From Planctomycetota bacterium (lineage in GTDB: Bacteria; Planctomycetota; UBA1135; UBA2386), in the NCBI GenBank assembly GCA_965223545.1, contig OZ245006.1, positions 1,568,001 to 1,632,000 of the forward strand: a stretch of 64,000 bases of DNA, given 5' to 3'. Below the pieces are notes generated by a model that was not told the origin of the DNA, ran no database searches, and saw only the letters and a list, made by a program, of their open reading frames with translations. The translations under genes were made by a program, and so were the position numbers. This document shows positions 48,356-56,444 of the stretch, piece after piece; the stretch's first letter is position 1, and each line of letters opens with the position of its first letter.

Positions 48356-49539
48356 CGTCCCCCCTCGCGACCGGCCTCGACGTCTGCGCCGCCGCCCCGC
48401 CGGCGAGGCTGCGACGCGCCCGACTCGGCCTGCTCACCAATCAGGCCGCGCTCGACGACAACCTCGTCGGCGCGGCCGAACGCGTGGCCGAGGTGTTCCC
48501 GGGCCAGCTGCAGGCGCTGTTCGGGCCGCAGCACGGTCTGTTCCAGGAGCAGCAAGACAACATGATCGAGACCGCGCACGCGCGACACCCGCGCCTCGCG
48601 GTCCCCGTGCACAGCTTGTACAGCGCGACCCGGCGCCCGACTCCCGCCATGCTCGAGCCGATCGACGTGCTGCTCGTCGACCTTCCGGACGTCGGCACGC
48701 GGGTGTACACGTACGTCTGGACGCTGTACGAGTGCCTTCAGGCATGCCGGGACGCCGATGTCGCCGTCACCGTGCTCGACCGCCCCAACCCAATCGGCGG
48801 CGTGATCGTCGAGGGCCCCTTGCTCGATCCTGAGTTCAGCAGCTTCGTCGGTCTGCGGCCAATGCCCATGCGCCACGCCCTGACGCTCGGCGAGGCGGCC
48901 CGCTGGCTCAATGCGGAGGTCGGCGCCGAGCTCGACGTGATTTCGGCGCGCGGCTGGCGGCGCGCGCAACAACAGCCGGACACCGGCCGCGCGTGGATCC
49001 CCCCATCGCCCAACTTGCCGCGGTTCGCCGGCGCCGCCGTGTATCCGGGACAAGTGCTGCTCGAGGGCACCAACGTCTCCGAAGGCCGCGGCACGACGAC
49101 GCCGTTCGAGGTCTGCGGCGCGCCGTGGCTCGATCCGTTCGCGTTGACCGACGACTTGCGCTGCCACGACCTGCCGGGAGTCGTGGCCCAGCCGTACCGG
49201 TTCGAGCCCACCTTCCACAAGTTCGCCGGCGAGAGCTGCGGTGGCGTCTTTCTGCACGTCGCCGACCCACAGCGCTTTCGCCCCTACCGGACAACGCTCA
49301 CGCTGCTGAACGCCATTCGCCAGCAGGCGCCGGACCGCTTTGCCTGGCGCCCGCCCGGCTACGAGTACGACCAAGTGCACATGCCGATCGATCTGCTGAC
49401 GGGCGCGGCCACGGCCCGCTTGGCGATGGACGCGGGGAAGGCCGACCCAGCGGCCCTGAGCCGAGTCGACGTCGAGGCGTGGCGGCACGCCGTCGCTGAC
49501 GCACTGTTGTACGACCGCAATGCCGCGTTCGAGGGATAA
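48352..49539 (+). CDS. NamZ family (DUF1343) protein without a signal peptide
   Basis: GLLTNQA, LFGPQHG, DLPDVGTRVYTY, LDRPNP, W.PPSPN, EGTNVSEGRGTTTPFE, YEY. GTGA overlap with the upstream stop. Confidence 0.92.
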   Translation: MTSPLATGLDVCAAAPPARLRRARLGLLTNQAALDDNLVGAAERVAEVFPGQLQALFGPQHGLFQEQQDNMIETAHARHPRLAVPVHSLYSATRRPTPAMLEPIDVLLVDLPDVGTRVYTYVWTLYECLQACRDADVAVTVLDRPNPIGGVIVEGPLLDPEFSSFVGLRPMPMRHALTLGEAARWLNAEVGAELDVISARGWRRAQQQPDTGRAWIPPSPNLPRFAGAAVYPGQVLLEGTNVSEGRGTTTPFEVCGAPWLDPFALTDDLRCHDLPGVVAQPYRFEPTFHKFAGESCGGVFLHVADPQRFRPYRTTLTLLNAIRQQAPDRFAWRPPGYEYDQVHMPIDLLTGAATARLAMDAGKADPAALSRVDVEAWRHAVADALLYDRNAAFEG

Positions 49540-49661
49540 CCCAAAGAATCGACGGCCAAACCGACACTCCGACGAGCGCTGGCCCCGGCTTCGCCCTACG
49601 CTGCGCCCTGTCAGGTCACAGAACCCCCGGCGCACCGGCCGATACAACCATCGGCCGCCAC

Positions 49662-51143
49662 ATGACATCGATCGAAACCGAGATCCCCGCTGAGCCGTCA
49701 GCGGGCGGCGCGCCGCCGCCCGCGCCCGCGCCCCCCGAGGAGTCGATGCGGCGTCGCGTGATCCGCGGGTCGATGTGGACGATTCTCGGCTACGGCGGCA
49801 CCCAGCTGATCCGGTTCGGCTCCAACCTCGTGCTGACGCGGATGCTGGTGCCGGAGATGTTCGGCACGATGGTGCTGGTCAACACGATGTTGATCGGCCT
49901 GCACCTGTTCAGCGACGTCGGCATCACGCCGGCCATCGTGCAGAACAAGCGCGGCGACGAACGGGACTTCCTCAACACGGCCTGGACCATCCAGGTCCTG
50001 CGCGGAGTGCTGCTGTTCGCGATCGCCTGTGCGGCGGCGGCCCCGATGGCTCGCTTCTACGGCGACGAGATCCTGCTGACCATCGTTCCGATCGCGGCGA
50101 TCACGGCGTTGTGCGACGGTCTGTGCTCGACCAAGCTGATCTCGCTGCACCGGCATCTACGCCTGGCCCGCGCGACGCTGATCGAGGTCAGCAGCCAGAT
50201 CGTGACCGCGGTGATCATGATCAGCTGGGCGCTGATCGACGCCTCGATCTGGGCCCTGGTCTGCGGCACGGTCTGCGGCGCGGCGTTCCGCACGGGCGCG
50301 AGCCATCTGCTGCCCGGGATCCGCAACCGCTTGCGCTGGGATCCCGCGATCGCGCGCGAGTTGTTCCACTTCGGGCGCTGGATCTTCCTCAGCACGGTGC
50401 TGACGTTCTGCGCCGACTACTGCGACCGGCTGGTGTTCGGCAAGATCACCGACACCCACCAGCTCGGCATCTACGGCATCGCGCTGACGATCGCCCTGAT
50501 CCCGACCCACGCGATCTCGCACGTCGGCTCGTCGGTGTTCTTTCCGTCGTTCAGTCGCAAGCTCGCCGTTGGCGACGGGCTCGCCTCCGCACTCCGCAGC
50601 GCGCGCGGGGTCTTGTCGGTGGCGGGCGGCTATCTGATCGCGGGCATGATCGCCGCCGGCCAGCCCGCGGTGGAGTCGATCTACACCGAGGAATGGTGGT
50701 CTGCGGGGTGGATGCTGCAGCTGTTCGCGATCGGCGCGTGGTTCTACATCCTCGACTGTAGCTCCGGCGCCGCGCTGTTGGCGCTCGGCCGCGTGCCGTG
50801 GCTGGCGGGCGCCAACTTCGCCAAGGCGGCCGGCCTGATCACGCTCCTGCCCCTGGGCTACGTCTGGGGCGGCTTCCCGGGTGCTTTGCTCGGTCTCGCC
50901 GCTGCGGCGTTCTCGAAGTACCTGGTGATCACCGTCGGAGCCGCCCGCCAACAGCTGCCGGTGATCCGCAACGACGTGACGCTCACCGGCTGGGTCGCCC
51001 TCACCGGTCTCGCCGGCTACTGGGCGAGCTCGACAGCGGACGCGGCGTTCGGCTCGAGCGTGGCAGCCTTCGCGGTGGCCGTCGTCGTGGTCACGCTGCT
51101 GTGGGCCCCGCTGGGCTGGGCGCTGTGGCGTAGGCACCGCTGA
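49662..51143 (+). CDS. Oligosaccharide flippase (Wzx-like polysaccharide exporter)
   Basis: RFGSNLVLTRML.PE.FG, FSDVG...AIVQ, NTAWT.Q..RG, FG.WIF, DR, LGIY; about 12 TM helices. Confidence 0.9.
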   Translation: MTSIETEIPAEPSAGGAPPPAPAPPEESMRRRVIRGSMWTILGYGGTQLIRFGSNLVLTRMLVPEMFGTMVLVNTMLIGLHLFSDVGITPAIVQNKRGDERDFLNTAWTIQVLRGVLLFAIACAAAAPMARFYGDEILLTIVPIAAITALCDGLCSTKLISLHRHLRLARATLIEVSSQIVTAVIMISWALIDASIWALVCGTVCGAAFRTGASHLLPGIRNRLRWDPAIARELFHFGRWIFLSTVLTFCADYCDRLVFGKITDTHQLGIYGIALTIALIPTHAISHVGSSVFFPSFSRKLAVGDGLASALRSARGVLSVAGGYLIAGMIAAGQPAVESIYTEEWWSAGWMLQLFAIGAWFYILDCSSGAALLALGRVPWLAGANFAKAAGLITLLPLGYVWGGFPGALLGLAAAAFSKYLVITVGAARQQLPVIRNDVTLTGWVALTGLAGYWASSTADAAFGSSVAAFAVAVVVVTLLWAPLGWALWRRHR

Positions 51144-51222
51144 GCGGCCGCCCCGCAGGGCCGCGACTCGAGGGCCGCTTGGGGTGGTGCGCCACCGGCG
51201 CGGTGCTAGGCTCGCGCAAACC

Positions 51223-52047
51223 ATGCGGTTTGCGATCTGCAACGAGCTGTTCGGCGAGCAGGACTTCGAGCGCACGTGCGCGACGGTGGCGGCCACCGGC
51301 TACGACGGGATCGAGCTCGCCCCGTTCACCCTGGCGCCCTCGATCGACCAGCTGTCGCCCGCCCAACGCATCGCTCTGCGGCGCACGGCCGAAGACGCGG
51401 GACTCGAGGTCGTCGGCCTGCACTGGCTGCTGGCCAAGACCGAGGGCCTGCACCTGACCAGCGCCGACGCGGAAGTCCGCGCGCGCACCACGCGCTATCT
51501 CGAAGAGCTGGCGCGCGCGTGCGCCGACCTCGGCGGCACCGTGCTCGTGTTCGGTTCGCCTGGACAGCGCTCGCTGCAGCCCGGCACCACGCCCGCGCAA
51601 GCGCTCGACCGCGCCAGTGAAGTGTTCGAGCGCGCACTGCCGACGATCGCCGACGCCGGGGTGCAGCTCTGCATCGAACCCCTGTCCACGGCGGAGACCG
51701 ACTTCATCACCACGTGCGCAATGGGCGCGGCCCTGGTCGAGCGCCTGGCCCACCCCGCGTTCGGCCTGCACCTCGACGTCAAGGCGATGTGCAGCGAGAA
51801 CGAGCCGGTCGAGACGCTGGTGCGCCGCCACGGCGCCGACGCCTTCCATTTTCACGCCAACGACGCCAACCTGCGCGGCCCGGGCTCCGGCGATGTCGAC
51901 TTCGCGCCGATCTTCGCCGCGCTGCGCGACACCGGCTACCGCGGCTGGGTGTCGGTCGAGGTCTTCGACTATTCGCCCGACCCCGAGACCATCGCCACCG
52001 AGAGCCTGCGCTACATGCAGGGGGTCTGGGACACCCTTCCCGCCTGA
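51223..52047 (+). CDS. Sugar phosphate isomerase/epimerase (xylose-isomerase-like TIM barrel, ketose 3-epimerase-like)
   Basis: GYDGIELAP, VFGSP..R, CIEPL, LHLD, HFHAND, GPGSG..DF, SVEVF. Confidence 0.9.
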   Translation: MRFAICNELFGEQDFERTCATVAATGYDGIELAPFTLAPSIDQLSPAQRIALRRTAEDAGLEVVGLHWLLAKTEGLHLTSADAEVRARTTRYLEELARACADLGGTVLVFGSPGQRSLQPGTTPAQALDRASEVFERALPTIADAGVQLCIEPLSTAETDFITTCAMGAALVERLAHPAFGLHLDVKAMCSENEPVETLVRRHGADAFHFHANDANLRGPGSGDVDFAPIFAALRDTGYRGWVSVEVFDYSPDPETIATESLRYMQGVWDTLPA

Positions 52048-52122
52048 TCCCGGCGACAGATCGGAGCGGCAAGCGGCCACTCGCCCTCCGACTCACCCCC
52101 AATCCAGGAGACTCTCCACACC

Positions 52123-52527
52123 ATGCTCGCTCGCTTCGGCGCGATCGCCATCTTCCTCTTCGGCACCGGCTGCATCTTCCATCTCGACGGGGCCGACATC
52201 GACCCCGACTGGGCGCAGGGCGAGCCGAGCGAGGTCCGCAAGCTCAACAAGCAGCGCCTGCAAGCCGTCGAGCTCGGCATGTCGCTGGAGCAAGTCCACG
52301 AGGCCATGGGCACCGACCCCGTGTGGCTCGGCGACGCCGGCTGGGTCCCCAACCCCTACCGCACCGAGAGCTTTCGCGACAGCAACGGCGACCGGCTCGA
52401 CGTGCTCTACTACTACACCCACCTGACCAAGCGCGACGACCTGGTCACCGACGACGAATTGACCCCGATCGTGTTGCGGCAGGGCGCGGTCGACGGCTGG
52501 GGCTGGCCGTACCTCGAGCGGATGTGA
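52123..52527 (+). CDS. DUF3192-like lipoprotein
   Basis: Lipobox FGTG|C; L..VELGMS...V...MG, VLYYYT, TDDELTPIV, GWG. AGGAG RBS upstream. Confidence 0.8.
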   Translation: MLARFGAIAIFLFGTGCIFHLDGADIDPDWAQGEPSEVRKLNKQRLQAVELGMSLEQVHEAMGTDPVWLGDAGWVPNPYRTESFRDSNGDRLDVLYYYTHLTKRDDLVTDDELTPIVLRQGAVDGWGWPYLERM

Positions 52528-52873
52528 GCGCGGGCATGCCCGAAGGTCCGCGGGCCAGGGCTCCCCAACACCCAGCGAAGGCTGTTTCCGCCGAGGACTC
52601 GGCACGCATCTCAGCGTCTCAGCGCGGCCCCGGCCAAGACACAGAACGAGCGCACGGCGAGGGCAACGGAGCCTGCCTTGACCGCGCACGCGGACCGCGC
52701 TCTGAGCGCACGAAGAGGAGACCAGAAACCTGGTCGTCGCTTCGTCGTGCGACGCAGGTTACTACCGCCGGTGCCGATCGACACTGGCATGGCGGCTGGA
52801 CGCCGAGCAGCCGTGAGTGACGGCGACGCGCGCACAGTGAAGGCCCCACGACTTGGTCAACCTCCTTCGAGGC

Positions 52874-52902
52874 TTGACACGCGGCCGGTGCCTGGCTAAC
52901 CG
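52874..52902 (+). promoter_or_regulatory. Possible sigma-70 promoter
   Basis: Perfect TTGACA at 52874-52879, 17-nt spacer, weak -10 (TAACCG), upstream of ATG 52958. Confidence 0.35.
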
Positions 52903-52957
52903 TTGCAGTGCAAAAGGGGTCAATCTGCCGAACAACAGTCTGCCAAGGCAAAACTGC

Positions 52958-54103
52958 ATGGACGCACCGACTCTCAATCAGCGTGGTGAGTTGCTTGCCT
53001 CGCTCGTCCGCATTGTGTTCGGCCAGAAGCCCTTCTTGTGGCTGCTTGCCAGCGTCGGTTTCTTCTTCATTCTAGACAAGGCCGTCCTTCCCTGGGCGGC
53101 GGGCACATTGTCCATCGAAGGGTCTCCACTGACATGGGTGCCCGATCTTGAAGGGTTGCAGATCGGCCTGATCAGCTTCCCGTTCCTCAGCTGGTACTTC
53201 TTGCGGCTCGACTTCACGATTCGCGAAGTCTTCGACGGACTCGGCACAACCGACGTCTTCCCATCAATCGAGTTCGCCAAGCTGCGAAAAGAGGCCGAAG
53301 CGGTCCTATTCAGCTACTGGTGGGTTCCGCTCTGCGCACTATTCGGCGTCCTCGGAACGGCATACGCATACGTTGATCTCTGGAACCCAGCACTGCCGTG
53401 GTGGGCAGGGTCTGAGATGCCGACTGCCTGGAGGGGCCCACCATGGGCCTACTCGTTGCTGGGGTGGCTGCAGCGCGGCCTGGCAGTTGCTCTCGCCTTC
53501 TATGCTATCTATGCCATCGTCAACATCCTATGCCGACAGTTGACACTCTTTTACTGGTTGCACATGCTCTGGAGTCGGCTGGGGTCGAAGGTGCGCCTCG
53601 CCCCGTACCACGCAGACGAAGCTGGAGGTATTGGTGCCATCGGACAGCATGCGATGCGCTTCTCCGGTTGTCTATTGGTCATGGGATTAATGATCGTCAT
53701 GGGGTCTCTCCTCCCACTGTTTCGCGGCAAGGCCGACGGGGTCCTCGCAGCAATTGACACCTCCATGTTCGTTTCCTGGTTCGTTTATTCGTTCTTGGTC
53801 GCGATTGCGTTCCGGGCCCTGCTGTGGGAGCCGCACATCCACATGGTGCGCGCCCGCGACAAGGCCATGACCTTCACGCAACACATGGATGACTTCTTGC
53901 TGGCCGAGGGCGCCCTGTCGACCAAAGCAGATCTGGAGCGGATGGAGACCCTCAAGCAACGGCGCTCGTGGTGTCTACAGGACTGGCCAACCTGGCCACT
54001 CCAGCCGCCGTTTCGCCGCTACCTCGAGTTGACCGCGGTTCTGCCGGTGATCCCGGGCGCCATCGAAGTAACATACAAAGCCGTGCGGGAATTGGCAGCG
54101 TGA
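52958..54103 (+). CDS. Hypothetical polytopic membrane protein (lower-GC islet)
   Basis: About 6-7 hydrophobic segments; PYHADEAGGIG loop and C-terminal WPTWP. Confidence 0.75.
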   Translation: MDAPTLNQRGELLASLVRIVFGQKPFLWLLASVGFFFILDKAVLPWAAGTLSIEGSPLTWVPDLEGLQIGLISFPFLSWYFLRLDFTIREVFDGLGTTDVFPSIEFAKLRKEAEAVLFSYWWVPLCALFGVLGTAYAYVDLWNPALPWWAGSEMPTAWRGPPWAYSLLGWLQRGLAVALAFYAIYAIVNILCRQLTLFYWLHMLWSRLGSKVRLAPYHADEAGGIGAIGQHAMRFSGCLLVMGLMIVMGSLLPLFRGKADGVLAAIDTSMFVSWFVYSFLVAIAFRALLWEPHIHMVRARDKAMTFTQHMDDFLLAEGALSTKADLERMETLKQRRSWCLQDWPTWPLQPPFRRYLELTAVLPVIPGAIEVTYKAVRELAA

Positions 54104-55716
54104 CAGCATGCCGTGTCTCATCACTCGCCATCCTCGCGATCCTCTTTGTCTACATGTGGTCGGCGGCCCCGGGCCTCAACTGGGGCGATGGCGCAAGGCT
54201 GCAGCTAGAGGCGATCGGCGGCGGCGCAACATACCACTTTATAGATTCAGTAGAAGGACTGCGCGGCTCGTCCGTGATCGGCCGACTCGGCTGCACGCCT
54301 TGGGACCACCCGCCGTACCTACTGCTCACGCACTTCCTGGCTGAGCTTTCCACGAATCCACTACGCGACCTCAACCTGCTGTCCTCGGCTTGTGCCGCCC
54401 TCGCTCTATCGCTCTTGCTTCGCGCGATGCGCGGCCTCGCCCCCAGCCTTGGTGCACTGGGCGCCGTTGTGATGCTGGCGGGGTCACATACGTTCTGGTT
54501 CCACGCGGCCACGACGGAGGTGTACGCCCTGCACGTAGCATTCATGGCATGGTTGATCGGCAGAATTTTACGCGGTGGTCCAACTGGAGCGCCCCAAACC
54601 TTCACGTACGGTCTAACGTGCGGCTTGGCGGTCGCCAACCACGTCATGATGGCGCTGACGATCCTGCCCTCGCTGTTGTTCGTCCGGTGGCGGGCCATGC
54701 GACGGCGGGACGTCATACTTGGCACCGCGGGATTCGTGTGCGGCTTGACTCCGTGGCTCGTGGCATTTGCGGGCGTGACAAGAACCCATGGTGCCGAAAT
54801 AGCACTACGCTCGGCGTCCTGGTTCGGCGGCCTTCTCGGGTTGTGGAGCAACCAGTCCGTCGCGGATTGGCTGTGGAACCCAATCGAGTACGCGCTGCTG
54901 CTGACCTACCAGTTCACGCCAATCGGCGTCTTGCTCGCGTACTCGGGCGTCAAGAGGTTGCGAAACCAGAACGAAACCGCGGCGCGCTACCTGATGTTGC
55001 TGTTTGTGGCGCACGCGCTGTTCTCGACGAACTTTCCCGTGGCCGACCGGTTCGCATTCCACCTGCCTTCGTACTGCGTGTTTTCGATCTGGATTGCCGT
55101 GGGGTTGGACGGAGGAGTGTCCTCATTGCATCGTTCGCGGCCAATCGTTGTGGCGCTTTTGATCGTCGGTCTGCAGATTTCGGTGTACGCGGCCGCTCCG
55201 ACTCTTGCTCGCGCCGCAGGACTAGACGAGCAGCAGTTGGGGATCTCGGTCGTCGGCTCAAAGCAGCGCGACGGGATGCGCTACTACCTCACTCCATGGA
55301 AGCGAGGCGACGACTCGGCCGAACGCTTCGGCGCCCACTCTTTGTCGGCCCTAGAGCGAGATGCGCTGGTCGTCGCACCGCACCCGGATGTCGAGGCGTT
55401 CCTGGTGCTACGTTGCCTCCAGCTCCTTCGCGATGTCCGCACCGACGTCGTCGTCGACCCGGTCGCCTTCGGTCGGCCGGAGGACTCGGGAGCGCTGGTG
55501 ACGGCCGCAATTGAACGGGCGCGAGCGCGCAGGCCCATCTATCTCGCCAGCGAAGCGGTCGTCCAGCTGGCGCCATGGGTTCGTGAAGCGTTCCACACGA
55601 TCCCAGAGGCCGGCATGCTCCGCCTGGTACGGCGACCTGGCCGCGACTCCCCGGAACGCAGCGTCGATCCTCCCACCTCCAGCCTCCGCTCGACGCTGCT
55701 TCGCGCCGTGCGATAG
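54100..55716 (+). CDS. DUF2723 / TMEM260-like GT-C membrane glycosyltransferase
   Basis: APGLNWGD, DHPPY, NLLSS, SHTFWFHA.TTEVYAL, GL...NH; multiple TM helices. GTGA overlap with the upstream stop. Confidence 0.8.
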   Translation: MTACRVSSLAILAILFVYMWSAAPGLNWGDGARLQLEAIGGGATYHFIDSVEGLRGSSVIGRLGCTPWDHPPYLLLTHFLAELSTNPLRDLNLLSSACAALALSLLLRAMRGLAPSLGALGAVVMLAGSHTFWFHAATTEVYALHVAFMAWLIGRILRGGPTGAPQTFTYGLTCGLAVANHVMMALTILPSLLFVRWRAMRRRDVILGTAGFVCGLTPWLVAFAGVTRTHGAEIALRSASWFGGLLGLWSNQSVADWLWNPIEYALLLTYQFTPIGVLLAYSGVKRLRNQNETAARYLMLLFVAHALFSTNFPVADRFAFHLPSYCVFSIWIAVGLDGGVSSLHRSRPIVVALLIVGLQISVYAAAPTLARAAGLDEQQLGISVVGSKQRDGMRYYLTPWKRGDDSAERFGAHSLSALERDALVVAPHPDVEAFLVLRCLQLLRDVRTDVVVDPVAFGRPEDSGALVTAAIERARARRPIYLASEAVVQLAPWVREAFHTIPEAGMLRLVRRPGRDSPERSVDPPTSSLRSTLLRAVR

Positions 55717-55754
55717 ACACACCGCGACGCATCGTCACTGCCCGTAGTCGCCCG

Positions 55755-56264
55755 CTACTGCACGAACACGCACACCGCCGACGAGAACGTCCACCCCGTC
55801 CCCGGCTGCGCCGGCGTGCCGACCGCGGCCGCGGCCTGAAAGCCGACTTGCGCGTTGACGGGCAACCCCCGCGGCACGGGGATCGCGCGCGTCTCGAGGC
55901 CGTCGTAGCAGAAGCGCGTGCCGTTCGGCGTCGATACCGCACCCCCCATCAGTCCGATCAGCGGTGGCGCCAACACCAAGTTGTTCCAGATCCCCTGCAC
56001 CGGCAGACACAGGATCGCCATCGGCGCCATGACCACGACGTACGGAGCACCGAGCGGCGCGCGCACGGTGAACGTCAGCTGGTCCGGACTCCGGGTGTTG
56101 ATGGCGTAGGGGTTGCAGGAGAACCCCCAGCAGGAGTCACCGCCGGAGCCGATGCTGCTCTGCACCGTGAACCCCATGTCGCCGAACACGATCTGCGCCG
56201 AAGCACGGGGGCTGGACAGCGCCGCGATAGCGGCCACAGCGATGATCCAAGAACGCACGCGCAT
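55755..56264 (-). CDS. Small secreted protein consisting almost entirely of the shared C-terminal-type domain
   Basis: Signal peptide ..PRASA|Q; G..C..LTFTVRAP.GAP..V..LPVQG..L.L..G...IPVP...VGFQA..FSSAVCVFVQ. Confidence 0.75.
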   Translation of the reverse strand: MRVRSWIIAVAAIAALSSPRASAQIVFGDMGFTVQSSIGSGGDSCWGFSCNPYAINTRSPDQLTFTVRAPLGAPYVVVMAPMAILCLPVQGIWNNLVLAPPLIGLMGGAVSTPNGTRFCYDGLETRAIPVPRGLPVNAQVGFQAAAAVGTPAQPGTGWTFSSAVCVFVQ

Positions 56265-56402
56265 CGCGATTCTCCTTCGCCGGCCTCGGCGAGCACGGCG
56301 GGGCTAGGACGAAACGGTCATCCAAGTCTAGCCGCGCGGGCGCTCCGGGTAACCCGGGTCGGCCCCTTGGCGGGGGCAGCTCTTGCCAGCGGCGTCCCCT
56401 AG

Positions 56403-56444
56403 AAAAGTCGTCGAAGCTCGGCGATTCGCGGCGCCGGAGGCTTA
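56403..56444. repeat. Intergenic repeat family B, copy 2
   Basis: 36/42 identical to 43473-43514. Confidence 0.75.
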
